A model generated the notes under the pieces. That model was not told the DNA's origin and made no database searches. It saw only the letters and a program-made list of their open reading frames with translations. Both the position numbers and the translations under genes were made by a program. From NCBI GenBank assembly GCA_048320885.1, contig JBLWFJ010000001.1:1349642-1413641 (forward strand): DNA of 64,000 bases, in the 5' to 3' direction. Below, piece by piece: positions 45,686 through 55,808 of this stretch. Positions within the stretch are counted from its first letter, which is position 1, and each line of letters starts with the position of its first letter. This DNA comes from Nannocystaceae bacterium ST9. Its GTDB lineage: Bacteria > Myxococcota_A > Polyangia > Nannocystales > Nannocystaceae.

Positions 45686-47092
45686 TCAAGCCGCGCGCAC
45701 GAAGGTCCGGCTCTTTCGCCGCCGATAGCGAAGCCGGCAAGGATGCCGCGGCCCGACCAGCAGACGCGAGTAGTCCGGCTCGTAGACGTCGCCCTCGACC
45801 AGCTCGAAGTCGAAGTTGCGCAGCACGTGGCTCCACAGCGCGCGCAGCTGCAGCTGGGCGAACACGATGCCCATGCAGCGGTGCCGGCCGGCGCCGAAGG
45901 GGATGAACGCCATCGGGTTGGCCTTGTCCTCGCTGCGCGGGGCCAGGAAGCGGGTCGGGTCGAAGCGGTGCGGCTCGGGGAACACCTCGGCGATGTAGTG
46001 CGAGACCGCGGGCGACGAGAAGATCATCGAGCCATGCGGGAAGTCGTAGCCGGCGTACTCGAAGTCGTTCATCACCTTGCGCATCATGATGATGATCGGC
46101 GGGTACATGCGCAGGACCTCCTTGATCGTCGCTTCGAGCTTGGGCATCGAGCGCAGATCGTCGAGGGTCAGGTCGTCGCGGTTGCCGAGCAGCTCGGCCT
46201 GCTCGGCGCGCAGCTCGGCCGCCCACTCGGGGTGCTGGGCGAGCAGGATGCCCGTCCACGAGAAGGTCACGCCGCTGGTGTGATGGCCGGCGAACATGAT
46301 CGTCAGCAGCAGGCCGGTGATCTCGTCTTCGCTGAGCGCTCGGCCGTCCTTGTAGTGGGCCTCCATCAGCGACTGCAACATGTCGTCGCCGACGTGGCCG
46401 CGAGCGCGGCGGTCGGCGACGATGCCCTTGATCAGCTCGACCAGGCGCACGCGGGCCTGATCGCGGCGGCGAAACGCCGGGACCAGCGGCAGGTCGGGGT
46501 TCAAGAACGCCAGCACGTTCAGCCCGCCCTCCATCTCCTGATAGAGCTTGGCGAACTCGCCCGAGAGCTTCTGGCGAAACTCGTTGCCGAGCAGCGAGCG
46601 GCTCGACGTGTAGATCGTCAGCTCGTTGCCGACGTCGTACATGTCGACGATCCCCGAGTCCTGCCAGCTCCCGAAGTACTGCTCGGCCTCCTCGATGAAG
46701 CCCTGCGCGTAGGTCCGCATCCGCTGCTCGCGGAGCGCCTCGTGGAAGAAGCCCAGCTGCTCGCGCATGATCGGCGGCGGCGCGTCGTAGGCGATGCCCT
46801 TGCCGAAGATCGGCGTCATCAGCCGGTACGACTCGGCCTGGCTGACGTCCTCGTCGCTCATGCGGAAGAACTTCTCTTGCGCCTTGGGTCCCGTCATCAC
46901 GATCGCGTCGGCGCCAGGCAGCGCCATCGTGAACAGGTCGCCGTAGAAGGCTCGCCCGCGCTCGAGCAGGCGGACCGGGTTGCTGCGCATCTCGAGCGCG
47001 TGGCCGAGCAGCGGAAGCCCGCCTTCGAGCCGCGGCGGCAGCTTGGCGGCCCCCTTCGAGGGTTGGGACGGAGCGCTGAAGAGCGTGACCAT
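45686..47092 (-). CDS. cyp51: Cytochrome P450, CYP51-like (sterol 14-alpha-demethylase homolog)
   Basis: MTPIFGKG, ELTIYTSS, MFAGHHTSG, EVLRMYPPIIIMMR, IPFGAGRHRCMG and a C-terminal ...CRLRYRRR closely parallel Mycobacterium CYP51 as I recall it. Confidence 0.8.
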   Translation of the reverse strand: MVTLFSAPSQPSKGAAKLPPRLEGGLPLLGHALEMRSNPVRLLERGRAFYGDLFTMALPGADAIVMTGPKAQEKFFRMSDEDVSQAESYRLMTPIFGKGIAYDAPPPIMREQLGFFHEALREQRMRTYAQGFIEEAEQYFGSWQDSGIVDMYDVGNELTIYTSSRSLLGNEFRQKLSGEFAKLYQEMEGGLNVLAFLNPDLPLVPAFRRRDQARVRLVELIKGIVADRRARGHVGDDMLQSLMEAHYKDGRALSEDEITGLLLTIMFAGHHTSGVTFSWTGILLAQHPEWAAELRAEQAELLGNRDDLTLDDLRSMPKLEATIKEVLRMYPPIIIMMRKVMNDFEYAGYDFPHGSMIFSSPAVSHYIAEVFPEPHRFDPTRFLAPRSEDKANPMAFIPFGAGRHRCMGIVFAQLQLRALWSHVLRNFDFELVEGDVYEPDYSRLLVGPRHPCRLRYRRRKSRTFVRAA

Positions 47093-47180
47093 GGCGCGTC
47101 GACGCTACCCGCTCGCATGCTGGCTCGAAAGCCGCGCGAGCGCAGGTGTGGCCGGGATCACCGGGGGCCGCTCACGCGCA

Positions 47181-48374
47181 TCACGGCTCGTCACAGCGCG
47201 GATCGAGCACCGGGACTGGTTGCACCTGCGTGATGCTCGGGTCCAGCCCAATCACGTCTTCGCCTCCATAGCCAAGACCGCCGCTCCAACAGTATACGGA
47301 ACCCGACTCCCCCAGAGCGCACGCGGAGCCATAACCAACGCTGATCGTCACGGCCGGCTCCGGCAAGGGAATGGGATCGACCACGAGCGGATCGAGAACA
47401 TCTTCGCCCCATGGATCGAGTGGCGTCGCTACCGGAGCGCCCCCCCAGCAACGGACCGAGCCATCGGCCGCGAGTAGGCACGCAGCACCTGTCCCCACGT
47501 CGACCTGCTCGACGCCTTGGTCGAGGGCGAGCGGCGGCAACGAAGCAGGTGTTTCATCGTCACCGATGTTACCTCCACCCGCCCCTCGACCCACCAATCG
47601 CTCGTCGCCCCAACAAGTGAAAGATCCCCCTTCCAGACGAGCGCATGCCGCCAACGTTCCAACGCTGACCTCGAGCGCGGCAGTGGGCATCTCGATCAGC
47701 TTGGGCGTCGATGACTCCAAGCTGCCGGGAACCCCCAGGATTCCACATGGTTCGTCCAGCTCACATTGTGGATCCGACCCCCAACAAGCCACTTGACCAT
47801 CGTCCAACACCGCACAAGCGCTATCGAAGCCGAGCGCCACTCCGATCACCGCCCCCGGTAACACCACCGTCGAGGGCTCGTCGTCGTCGCCCAGAGGTTC
47901 GTTGGTTTCTACGCCGACGATGCTCCGGTTTCCCCAACAGCGAAGCGTGCCGTCGTCCAACACCGCGCACGCACCGGAGTGTCCGACGGCGACGCTGGCG
48001 ACCGGTCGTCCGAAGTCGAAGCCGTCGATGACGGGGTCACCCTCGTACTTCGAGAACGGCTCCAGACAGCCGAGCCTGCCCTGTGCACGGCCGCACACGT
48101 CCAGTCCAACCGATACCGAGTCGAGCTCGAGATTCAGCCACTCGGCCATCCATGCCGGTTCGTCGTCACCGATGATCTCGCCATCGAGTTGCTCGCCCCA
48201 ACAGCGGACGCGTCCGGTCGACGCGCGAGCGCAGGTCCGGAGATCGGCGACGGCCGTCTCGACCTCGACGATCTCGACGCACTCCTGCGCGGGATCGAAG
48301 TCGTCGGGCGGCACGAGAGGCTCCGGCCCACATGCGGGGCACAGGAGCACGATGAATGGCAAGCGACGTGTCAC
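47181..48374 (-). CDS. RCC1-repeat (beta-propeller) secreted protein
   Basis: Repeats of G..H.CA.LDDG.V.CWG. Assigned GTG start overlaps the upstream stop (GTGA 48371-48374). Confidence 0.6.
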   Translation of the reverse strand: MTRRLPFIVLLCPACGPEPLVPPDDFDPAQECVEIVEVETAVADLRTCARASTGRVRCWGEQLDGEIIGDDEPAWMAEWLNLELDSVSVGLDVCGRAQGRLGCLEPFSKYEGDPVIDGFDFGRPVASVAVGHSGACAVLDDGTLRCWGNRSIVGVETNEPLGDDDEPSTVVLPGAVIGVALGFDSACAVLDDGQVACWGSDPQCELDEPCGILGVPGSLESSTPKLIEMPTAALEVSVGTLAACARLEGGSFTCWGDERLVGRGAGGGNIGDDETPASLPPLALDQGVEQVDVGTGAACLLAADGSVRCWGGAPVATPLDPWGEDVLDPLVVDPIPLPEPAVTISVGYGSACALGESGSVYCWSGGLGYGGEDVIGLDPSITQVQPVPVLDPRCDEP

Positions 48375-49390
48375 TTGCACTTGTCGTCGTCGGCCACGCA
48401 GGCGAAGCGCACGTGCAGATGATCGTCGTGCTTGGGCTCGTGACGCACGATCCCGTGCTTGGCCCACTGCCCGTCGGGGTACTGAAACACGTCGACCAGC
48501 TTCTTCTTCGACCAGCCGCGCTTGCGGGCCTCGGCGTAGAGCCAGCCTTGCAGCTCGTAGTCGACGAACACCTTCTCGACCCCGCCCGGCTTGCCGGCGG
48601 TGGTCAGCAGGGCCTCGAGCAGCGCCCAGGTCGCGGCGGCGTCGAAGCTCGACTTGGTCGCGACCACGAACTCCTGCGGGTACTCGGCGGGCAGCTCGCG
48701 ATAGAAGAGCCCGAGGTCGATGTCGCGGCCCGACTGGTGCGAGGCGTGGCCCGAGAGCGCGCCGCCGTCCTCGTCGGACAGGTCGCCGATCGCCAGGCGA
48801 TGGGCCTTGGGGAAGCGCTCGTGCACGGCCGCGATCGCGTTGAGCGTGTGGTCGATCAGGTGGGCGGCGGCGTAGGTCCGCTCGACCCGTCGCCGGTAGT
48901 ACTGGCTCGAGCGCGGCAGTCGAGTCGGCTTGCGCAAGTAGCCATGATCGGGCCGGCCGATGCTCTGCCCGGCGATCGCTCGGATCGTCCGCTCACTCGA
49001 GCCCGGCAAGCGCAGCGTCTGGCCAACGCGGATCAGGCTGCCCTCGATGTCGTTGAGCTCGCGCAGCTCGTCGACGCTGGTCGCGTGGCGCTCGGCGATG
49101 CTGGCCAAGGTGTCGCCCGACTTGACCACGTACTCGCGCGAGCTCGCCCCGCCTCCGCCCTCGCAGCTCGACACGTCGAGCTCGCGCCCGACCACGAGCG
49201 GCTCGTCGGGCTCGAGCTCGTTGGCCTCGCGCAGGCTGCTGATCGAGCAGCCGTGCTCCTGCGCCAGGTCCCAGAGCGTGTCGCCCGGCTGAACCACGAC
49301 CGTGCGGCTCGCCCCCCGAGCGGGCTCGATCCCGACCGCCAGCGACAGCCAGCAGGCGCTCAGGATGCAAATCGGGCGAGACCAGCGCAT
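48371..49390 (-). CDS. LysM-LysM + M74-type penicillin-insensitive murein endopeptidase (MepA-like)
   Basis: Internal Met MRWSRPICILSACWLSLAVG signal, two LysM motifs (VVQPGDTLWDLAQEHG, YVVKSGDTLASIAERH), HASHQSGRDIDL metal motif. Confidence 0.6.
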   Translation of the reverse strand: MRWSRPICILSACWLSLAVGIEPARGASRTVVVQPGDTLWDLAQEHGCSISSLREANELEPDEPLVVGRELDVSSCEGGGGASSREYVVKSGDTLASIAERHATSVDELRELNDIEGSLIRVGQTLRLPGSSERTIRAIAGQSIGRPDHGYLRKPTRLPRSSQYYRRRVERTYAAAHLIDHTLNAIAAVHERFPKAHRLAIGDLSDEDGGALSGHASHQSGRDIDLGLFYRELPAEYPQEFVVATKSSFDAAATWALLEALLTTAGKPGGVEKVFVDYELQGWLYAEARKRGWSKKKLVDVFQYPDGQWAKHGIVRHEPKHDDHLHVRFACVADDDKCK

Positions 49391-49502
49391 CGATCTCCAC
49401 CCTCCGCCATGTCGCGCGAGCGAGCAAGTTTTCGGCGTCAGCGAGGGTCGAGTCGGCGACCTGTGGTCCAAGCCATGCCCACGCATGCTAGGTTTGGAGG
49501 GC

Positions 49503-50246
49503 ATGAGCGTGGGCACCCGGCGTCCGCGACTGCTCGACGGTCATCCGCCCGAGCTGCTGGTCTACGACGAGGACACCAACTGTCCCTACCTCGACGCCAA
49601 GATCGCCCGCCTGCCGATGCGCCTGCCGACCCGGCCGCTGACGGCCGCCGAGTTCAGCGAGCGCCTGCACGTCGGCGATCGTCGGCAGGGGCTCGTGCTC
49701 TACCGGCCCTCGTGCGCCGAGTGCAACGCCTGCGAGGCGATCCGGCTCGACATCCAGAGCTTCCAGCCGAGCAAGACCCAAAAGCGAATCTTCAAGCGTG
49801 GCGAGGCCGAGCTGCGCGTCGAGATCGGCGAGCCGCGGCTGAGCAGCGAGAAGGTCCAGCTCTACAACAAGCACAAGGTCGGCCGCGAGCTGATGGGTGA
49901 AGGCGACCCGATCGACGAATCGGGCTACGGCGCGTTCCTGGTCGACTCGTGCACCGAGAGCTTCGAGATCCGCTACCTGTTCGGCGAGCGGCTGATCGGC
50001 GTGGCGATCGTCGACCGGGGCACCGACGCGCTCTCGGCCGTGTACACCTACTTCGATCCCGAGTTCGGCCAGCTCAGCCCGGGCGTGTACTCGATCATGA
50101 AGCAGCTCGACCTGTGCCGGCAGTGGGGGCTTCGCTGGCTGTATCTCGGGCTCTACGTGCGCGACTGCTCGTCGATGGCCTACAAGGCCAAGTACTTGCC
50201 CCACGAGCGGCTGCGCGAGGGCAAGTGGGTGCTCTTCGACGAGTAG
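49503..50246 (+). CDS. bpt: Arginyl/leucyl-tRNA-protein transferase (Bpt/ATE1-like)
   Basis: CPYL...RRQG...YRPSCAECNACEAIR fits the Bpt family. SD GGAGGG before the ATG. Confidence 0.65.
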   Translation: MSVGTRRPRLLDGHPPELLVYDEDTNCPYLDAKIARLPMRLPTRPLTAAEFSERLHVGDRRQGLVLYRPSCAECNACEAIRLDIQSFQPSKTQKRIFKRGEAELRVEIGEPRLSSEKVQLYNKHKVGRELMGEGDPIDESGYGAFLVDSCTESFEIRYLFGERLIGVAIVDRGTDALSAVYTYFDPEFGQLSPGVYSIMKQLDLCRQWGLRWLYLGLYVRDCSSMAYKAKYLPHERLREGKWVLFDE

Positions 50247-50258
50247 TACACTCGGCGA

Positions 50259-52961
50259 GTGTCTGGCTTGGTCCTGCCCGACTTCGTCTTGCCCTTCTTC
50301 GCGATCGATCGTGACTCGATCGCGGTCGTCGGCGGCAAGGCGGCCAAGCTCGGCGCGATGGCTCGAGCCGGCTTCCCGGTCCCGCCCGGCTGCTGCGTGA
50401 CCACCGAGGCGTTTCGTCGCTTCATGATGATCTCGCCCGCGCTCGCCGGGCTGTTCGAGCGGCTCGCCGCGCTCGCACCCGACGACCTCCCGGCCGTCCG
50501 CGAGCTCGGCGAGGCCCTGCGCTCGCACCTGCTCGGGCTGCCGATCCCGAGCGAGGTCGAGGTCGCGATCGTCGAGGCCTGGCGCGCGCTCGGGGACTCG
50601 CACGCCTACGCGGTCCGCTCGAGCGCGACGGCCGAGGATCTGCCCGGAGCCTCGTTCGCCGGCCAGCAAGACACCTACCTCGCCGTGGTCGGCCGCGCGG
50701 CGCTGCTCGAGCGCGTGCGCGCCTGCTGGGCCTCGCTCTTCACCGATCGGGCGATCCTCTACCGCGCCCGGCAGGGCTTCGATCACCGCCGAGTCGAGCT
50801 CGCGGTGGTGATCCAGCGGATGGTCCGCCCGCAGACCTCGGGCATCCTGTTCACCGCCCACCCGATCGACGGACGCCGACACGTGCTGACGATCGACGCC
50901 GGGTTCGGGCTCGGCGAGGCGCTGGTCTCGGGCCTGGTCAACGCCGATCTCTACGAGGTCGACAAGCGCTCGGCGACGATCCTGCGCAAGACCATCGCCG
51001 ACAAGCGGCTCGCGATCGTGCCGCTCGCCGAGGGCGGCACCGAGCAGGTCGAGCTCGACGAGACCCGCCGGCACGCCCAGGTGCTCACCGACGAGCAGAT
51101 CCTCGCGCTCGCCGAGCTCGGTCGGCGGATCGAGGCCGACTTCGGCGAGCCGCAGGACATCGAGTGGTGCATCGAAGACGGCGAGCTGTGGTTGGTTCAG
51201 GCCCGGCCGATCACCACGCTCTATCCCCTGCCGGCGCATCCGCTCGACGACCAGCTGCGGCTCTACGTCTCGCTCGGTCACGTCCAGGTCATGACCGACG
51301 TCATGACCCCCTTCGCCCATGGGATCTGGAAGCGCTTCATCCCGATCGATCGCGATCCGCAGGGGCGCGCGCGAGTGCTGCACTCGGCCGGCGGTCGACT
51401 CTTCATCGACCCCAGCGACTTGCTCCGGCTGCCGCGGCCCGCCGCGTTGATGCCCGAGGTGCTCGGCCTGGTCGATCCGCGGACCGCCGAGGCGGTCCGG
51501 CAGATCGTCGCGCGGCCCGAGTTTCGAGCGGCGCCGCGGCGCGTCGGTCGAATGCGGCTCGCTCACGGGATCGCGTGGTTCGCCCAGCGGATCATCCCGC
51601 GCGTGCTGTGGCGGCTCTGGTTCACGCGCACGCTCGGCATCGCCGCTCGCACGCGCGCGCGCATGGACAGGTTGCTCGAGCAGACCCGCGCTCGCCTCGA
51701 CGACGAACGAGTCGCGCCCGATGCCGGCGCCCGCCTGCGCGAGGCGATCGCGACGGTCTCGCGGCTCTTCGTCGACATGTTCTTCCCGATCGTGCCTTCG
51801 ATCATGGCCGGGGGCTTGGCCGGCGTGCTGCTGCGCAAGCTGACCCGCGTGTCCGACGACGACCTCGCCGCGCTCAAGCGCGGGCTCGAGGGCAACGTGA
51901 CCACGCAGATGGACCTGCGGATCGGCGATCTGGCCGACCTCGCCCGCGAGTCGAGCGAGCTGGTCGCCTGGCTGCGCGCGCAGGACCACCCCACCCGCGC
52001 GGACCTGGCCGCGCGCGCCGACACTGGCCCGCTGCTGGTCGCGCTCGATCGCTTCTTGGCCGAGTACGGCATGCGCGGCGGCTCGGAGATCGACATCGGC
52101 CGACCTCGCTGGCGCGACGATCCCAGCCTGCTCTTGCAGGTGCTGCGAGGCAACGTCGCCCGCGAGCAGGCCGGGGCCCACCGCGTGCATCACCAACGCA
52201 TGACACTCGAGGGCGAGGCCGCGGCCGCGCGGGCGGTCGCGTCGGCCCGGCCCTGGGCGCGGCCGCTGGCGCGTCGACTGGTCCGGGTCTACCGCGATCT
52301 CTCGGCCCTGCGCGAGCACCCGAAGTTTCAGCTCGTCCGCGTGCTCGGGTTGATCCGCGAAGCCGCGCTGGCCTACGCCGCCGAGTTGGTCGCGGCCGGC
52401 CGACTCGAGCGCGCCGACGACATCTGGATGCTCGAGATCGACGAAGTGCTCGCGACGATCGCCGCGGATCCGAACGACGATCCACTGCCGCTCGCGACGA
52501 TCGTCGGCGAGCGCCGAGCCGCGTGGGCCCACTTCGCCCGGCTCGCGCCGCCGCGGGTGATGACCAGCGAAGGCGAGATCGTCGGCGGCGAGCAGGTCCG
52601 CACCGATCTACCCGCGGGCGCCCTGCATGGCACCGCGGCCTCGGCCGGCGTGGTCGAGGGCCTCGTCCGGGTCGTCCTCGATCCCCACCGCGAGGTCCTG
52701 CACGCCGGCGAGATCCTGGTCGCGCCCTTCACCGATCCCGGCTGGACCCCGCTCTTCATCAACGCCGCCGGACTGATCATGGAGGTCGGCGGATTGATGA
52801 CCCACGGCTCGGTCGTCGCCCGCGAGTACGGGATCCCGGCCGTGGTCTCGGTCGACGCCGCGACCACGCGCCTGCGCACCGGCCAGCGCGTGCGCCTCGA
52901 CGGCACCCGGGGAATCATCGAGGTGATCGACGACCCCGAGTCGAAGTCGACCGAGCGCTAG
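50259..52961 (+). CDS. PEP-utilizing enzyme family protein (PpsA / rifampicin-phosphotransferase-like, 900 aa)
   Basis: N-terminal PEP/pyruvate-binding ATP-grasp (GGKAAKLG), C-terminal mobile His domain (GGLMTHGSVVAREYGIPAVV). GTG start 12 nt after bpt. Confidence 0.75.
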   Translation: MSGLVLPDFVLPFFAIDRDSIAVVGGKAAKLGAMARAGFPVPPGCCVTTEAFRRFMMISPALAGLFERLAALAPDDLPAVRELGEALRSHLLGLPIPSEVEVAIVEAWRALGDSHAYAVRSSATAEDLPGASFAGQQDTYLAVVGRAALLERVRACWASLFTDRAILYRARQGFDHRRVELAVVIQRMVRPQTSGILFTAHPIDGRRHVLTIDAGFGLGEALVSGLVNADLYEVDKRSATILRKTIADKRLAIVPLAEGGTEQVELDETRRHAQVLTDEQILALAELGRRIEADFGEPQDIEWCIEDGELWLVQARPITTLYPLPAHPLDDQLRLYVSLGHVQVMTDVMTPFAHGIWKRFIPIDRDPQGRARVLHSAGGRLFIDPSDLLRLPRPAALMPEVLGLVDPRTAEAVRQIVARPEFRAAPRRVGRMRLAHGIAWFAQRIIPRVLWRLWFTRTLGIAARTRARMDRLLEQTRARLDDERVAPDAGARLREAIATVSRLFVDMFFPIVPSIMAGGLAGVLLRKLTRVSDDDLAALKRGLEGNVTTQMDLRIGDLADLARESSELVAWLRAQDHPTRADLAARADTGPLLVALDRFLAEYGMRGGSEIDIGRPRWRDDPSLLLQVLRGNVAREQAGAHRVHHQRMTLEGEAAAARAVASARPWARPLARRLVRVYRDLSALREHPKFQLVRVLGLIREAALAYAAELVAAGRLERADDIWMLEIDEVLATIAADPNDDPLPLATIVGERRAAWAHFARLAPPRVMTSEGEIVGGEQVRTDLPAGALHGTAASAGVVEGLVRVVLDPHREVLHAGEILVAPFTDPGWTPLFINAAGLIMEVGGLMTHGSVVAREYGIPAVVSVDAATTRLRTGQRVRLDGTRGIIEVIDDPESKSTER

Positions 52962-54751
52962 TCCTCGTCGGGATCTTTCGGCATCTGACTCGGACCCTTG
53001 AACACCGGCTCGGGCTCGTCCTCGGTCTCGCTGCCCTCGTCCTCGTCGTCCTCGTCCTCGTCGTCCTCCGAGCCCTGCGCGGCCTCCTTGGCCTCCTCCT
53101 CGGCCATGATCTCGGCCATGGTCTTCACCTTCTTGCCGGTCGGTCCGACGGTCGGCACCGGCGGGGCCTGGAAGGCGTCGCCGACGACGTCTTCGTCGCT
53201 GTCCTCGTCGTCGACCATCACGTGGACCTCGCGGGCCTCGGGGAAGGGCTCGTAGAAGTCCTTCTCGCGCATGACCTTGTTGACCGGACCGAGCGCGATG
53301 CTCGGTACGTAGGTGACCGCGACCAGCCCGATCAGCATCATGCCGATGAAGGGCACGACGCCGCGGGTGACCTCGCCGAGCGGCTGGCGGAACACCGACG
53401 ACGACACGAACAGGTTGATGCCGATCGGCGGGGTCAGGTAGCCGATCTCGAGGTTGACGATGAAGATGATGCCCAGGTGGATCGGGTCGATGCCGAGCTC
53501 GACCCCGATCGGGGCGAGCAGCGGCGCGATGATCAGGATCGCGCTGATCGAGTCCATCAGCGCGCCGACGATCAACAAGAAGATGTTGACGATCAGCAGG
53601 AAGGTGACCGGGGTCAGGTCCTTGTCGAGGATCCAGGCCACGACCTTCTGCGGGATCATCTCCTCGACCAAGAACGCGTTGAGGCCGAAGGCCAGCAACA
53701 TGATGATCAGGATCGTCCCCATGTTGACGACCGACTCGGTCAGGATCTTGGGGATGTCCTGCGGGCTGATGTCGCGGTGGATCAGCAGCTCGATGATCAG
53801 CGAGTAGACCACCGAGATCGCCGCGGCCTCGGTCGGCGTGAACACGCCGGTGTAGATGCCGCCGAGGATCACCGCCGGCAGGCTCAGCGACCAGATGCCG
53901 TCGCGGATCCGCTGGAGCACGACCTTGAACTCGAAGGTCTCGCGCGCGACCTTCTTGGCGTTGAAGGGCGCGAGCAGGGCGAGCAGCAGGCCGATCATCA
54001 GGCCCGGCAGCACGCCGGCCAAGAACAGCTCGGCGACGTCGATCGGCTTCGAACCCGACGCGACGATCGCGTAGACCAACATCGGGATCGAGGGCGGGAT
54101 CAAGATGCCCAGCGAGCCGCCCGCGGTGACCAGCCCGAGCGAGAAGCGGCGCTCGTAGCCGGCCTCGACCAGGCGCGGGTACATCATCGAACCGATCGCG
54201 ATCACGGTGACCGGGCTCGAGCCCGAGATCGCCGCGAAGATCACACACGCGCCGACGGCCGCGATCGCCAGGCCGCCCGGCATCCAGCCGACCAGGGCCC
54301 GCGCGACGTCGACCAGGCGGCGAGCGATGCCACCCGCGCTCATGATCGCCCCGCTCGCGACGAAGAAGGGGATCGCCAGCAAGACGTCCTTCGTCATCAT
54401 CTCGGCGCCGGTGTCCGAGAGCCGATCGAGGGTCAGGAGCCCGTCGAAGTTCTCGCTCAGGAACAAGAAGCACGAGGTCGCGATCAACCCGATGATCACG
54501 AAGAGCGGCATGCCGAGCACGACCGCGAGCGCGAGCGTGGCGAAGAGCACGGCCAGGCCGGCGCCGAGGCTGAGCACGGGGCCGTTTTGACTGATGCCGC
54601 CTTCGGCCATCGCGGTCGCGGCCAAGAGCAGCACGAACGCGAACACGCAGACGCTGCCGAACAGCGTCGCGCGCTTGCGGACTTGCGCCGAGGGGGCCGG
54701 GGCGAGCAGGCTGGGCCCACGATCGCGCTTGGACTGGTTGGAGTTGCTCAC
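52958..54751 (-). CDS. TRAP transporter large permease (DctM-type) with ~110-aa acidic C-terminal extension
   Basis: GTG start overlaps the DctQ stop (GTGA). 12+ TM core, then DEDSDEDVVGD...EDDEDEDDEDEGSETEDEPEP. The 5' part of the listed ORF 52958..55738 is spurious. Confidence 0.75.
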   Translation of the reverse strand: MSNSNQSKRDRGPSLLAPAPSAQVRKRATLFGSVCVFAFVLLLAATAMAEGGISQNGPVLSLGAGLAVLFATLALAVVLGMPLFVIIGLIATSCFLFLSENFDGLLTLDRLSDTGAEMMTKDVLLAIPFFVASGAIMSAGGIARRLVDVARALVGWMPGGLAIAAVGACVIFAAISGSSPVTVIAIGSMMYPRLVEAGYERRFSLGLVTAGGSLGILIPPSIPMLVYAIVASGSKPIDVAELFLAGVLPGLMIGLLLALLAPFNAKKVARETFEFKVVLQRIRDGIWSLSLPAVILGGIYTGVFTPTEAAAISVVYSLIIELLIHRDISPQDIPKILTESVVNMGTILIIMLLAFGLNAFLVEEMIPQKVVAWILDKDLTPVTFLLIVNIFLLIVGALMDSISAILIIAPLLAPIGVELGIDPIHLGIIFIVNLEIGYLTPPIGINLFVSSSVFRQPLGEVTRGVVPFIGMMLIGLVAVTYVPSIALGPVNKVMREKDFYEPFPEAREVHVMVDDEDSDEDVVGDAFQAPPVPTVGPTGKKVKTMAEIMAEEEAKEAAQGSEDDEDEDDEDEGSETEDEPEPVFKGPSQMPKDPDED

Positions 54752-55686
54752 GACACCACCTCCGCCTGCTCTGCCTTCTCGAGCTCGCGCAGCTCCGGCA
54801 GCGTCTCGTCGAGCTCGCCGCGGAACGCCAGCACCCCGGTACCGATGAAGCGCATCGCCATGATCACCCAGGCGACCGGGACGACCATGAAGCTGGCCCA
54901 AAACGGGATCGGCGTGGAGTCGTGCAGGGCCCCGAGGTGATTGGACAGATCCCACTCCTCGTATTTGACCACGCAGTAGCGGTAGCCGAGGTAGGCGAGC
55001 AGCAGGCAGAAGCTCGCGGTCAGGATGCCGGCGAGCAGGCCGGTGATCTTGCGCAGCTTCTCGGGCAGCGCCTTGTTGGCGGCCTCGAGCTTGAGGTGGA
55101 GGTTGTCGCGGGTCGCCATCGAGGCGCCGAGGAACGAGACCCAGAGCATCAAGACCAGCGAGAACGAGGCCGCCCACTGCAGGCCGGCCGGAAACATGCC
55201 GCAGGCGAGGTCGGTCTCGCCGGCGAGGTCGAGCTCGATGCACTCGGACTGCTCGATCGAGCCGGTCCCGAACAGCAGGATCATCAGGCCCCAGCAGCCG
55301 AGCGAGGTGACGACCGTGTAGATCAGGCACTTGACGTGCGGCAGCGGCTCGCCGTGGATCTCGGCCAGCGTGGCCCCGGGCTTGGGCGTGGGCCGGTTCC
55401 ACAAGGGTCGGCGCGAGGCGGTGCGGAAGCCCAGGTAGACCAGGATCACCAGACCGAGCGGGACGGCCCAGTCGGCGACCCCCTGCATCGACTGCCAGGT
55501 CGCATCGTCGCGCTCCGCCCCGAGCAGGGTCGAAGCGAGCTTTCCGAACAGGACGCTGTCTTCGTCGGCGTAGCTCCGATGCAGCACGGCCAAGAACATG
55601 ACCAGCGACATCACCAGGAGCGAGCTGACGACGATGAAACGCTCGACCTGGTACACCCAGCCGTTGAGCTTCTTGAGGAACTCCAC
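54748..55686 (-). CDS. TRAP transporter small permease (DctQ-type, enlarged, 312 aa)
   Basis: 4+ TM helices. Position between dctP and dctM. Confidence 0.7.
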   Translation of the reverse strand: MEFLKKLNGWVYQVERFIVVSSLLVMSLVMFLAVLHRSYADEDSVLFGKLASTLLGAERDDATWQSMQGVADWAVPLGLVILVYLGFRTASRRPLWNRPTPKPGATLAEIHGEPLPHVKCLIYTVVTSLGCWGLMILLFGTGSIEQSECIELDLAGETDLACGMFPAGLQWAASFSLVLMLWVSFLGASMATRDNLHLKLEAANKALPEKLRKITGLLAGILTASFCLLLAYLGYRYCVVKYEEWDLSNHLGALHDSTPIPFWASFMVVPVAWVIMAMRFIGTGVLAFRGELDETLPELRELEKAEQAEVVS

Positions 55687-55808
55687 CCGCGCATCCTAAC
55701 CCTGGAGCCGGCCACGCCCCAAGCCGGAAAGCAGGCACCCGACGTGCTCGACGAGCAGGTCGGGTGCGCCGAGGCCGGGAAGACCTCGCGGGTCCGCGAA
55801 CGACGGAC

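Noticed and set aside
45442-47233. Plus-strand ORFs 45442..45906 and 45560..47233
   Set aside because: Antisense to CYP51 and to the sORF/hairpin units, with Arg/Ala-rich composition. The CYP51 frame has all the P450 signature motifs.
49488-54940. 1014-aa minus ORF 49488..52532 and 1258-aa plus ORF 51164..54940
   Set aside because: Antisense to the RPH-like PEP enzyme and the DctM gene respectively; Arg/Asp/Gly-rich with no motifs.
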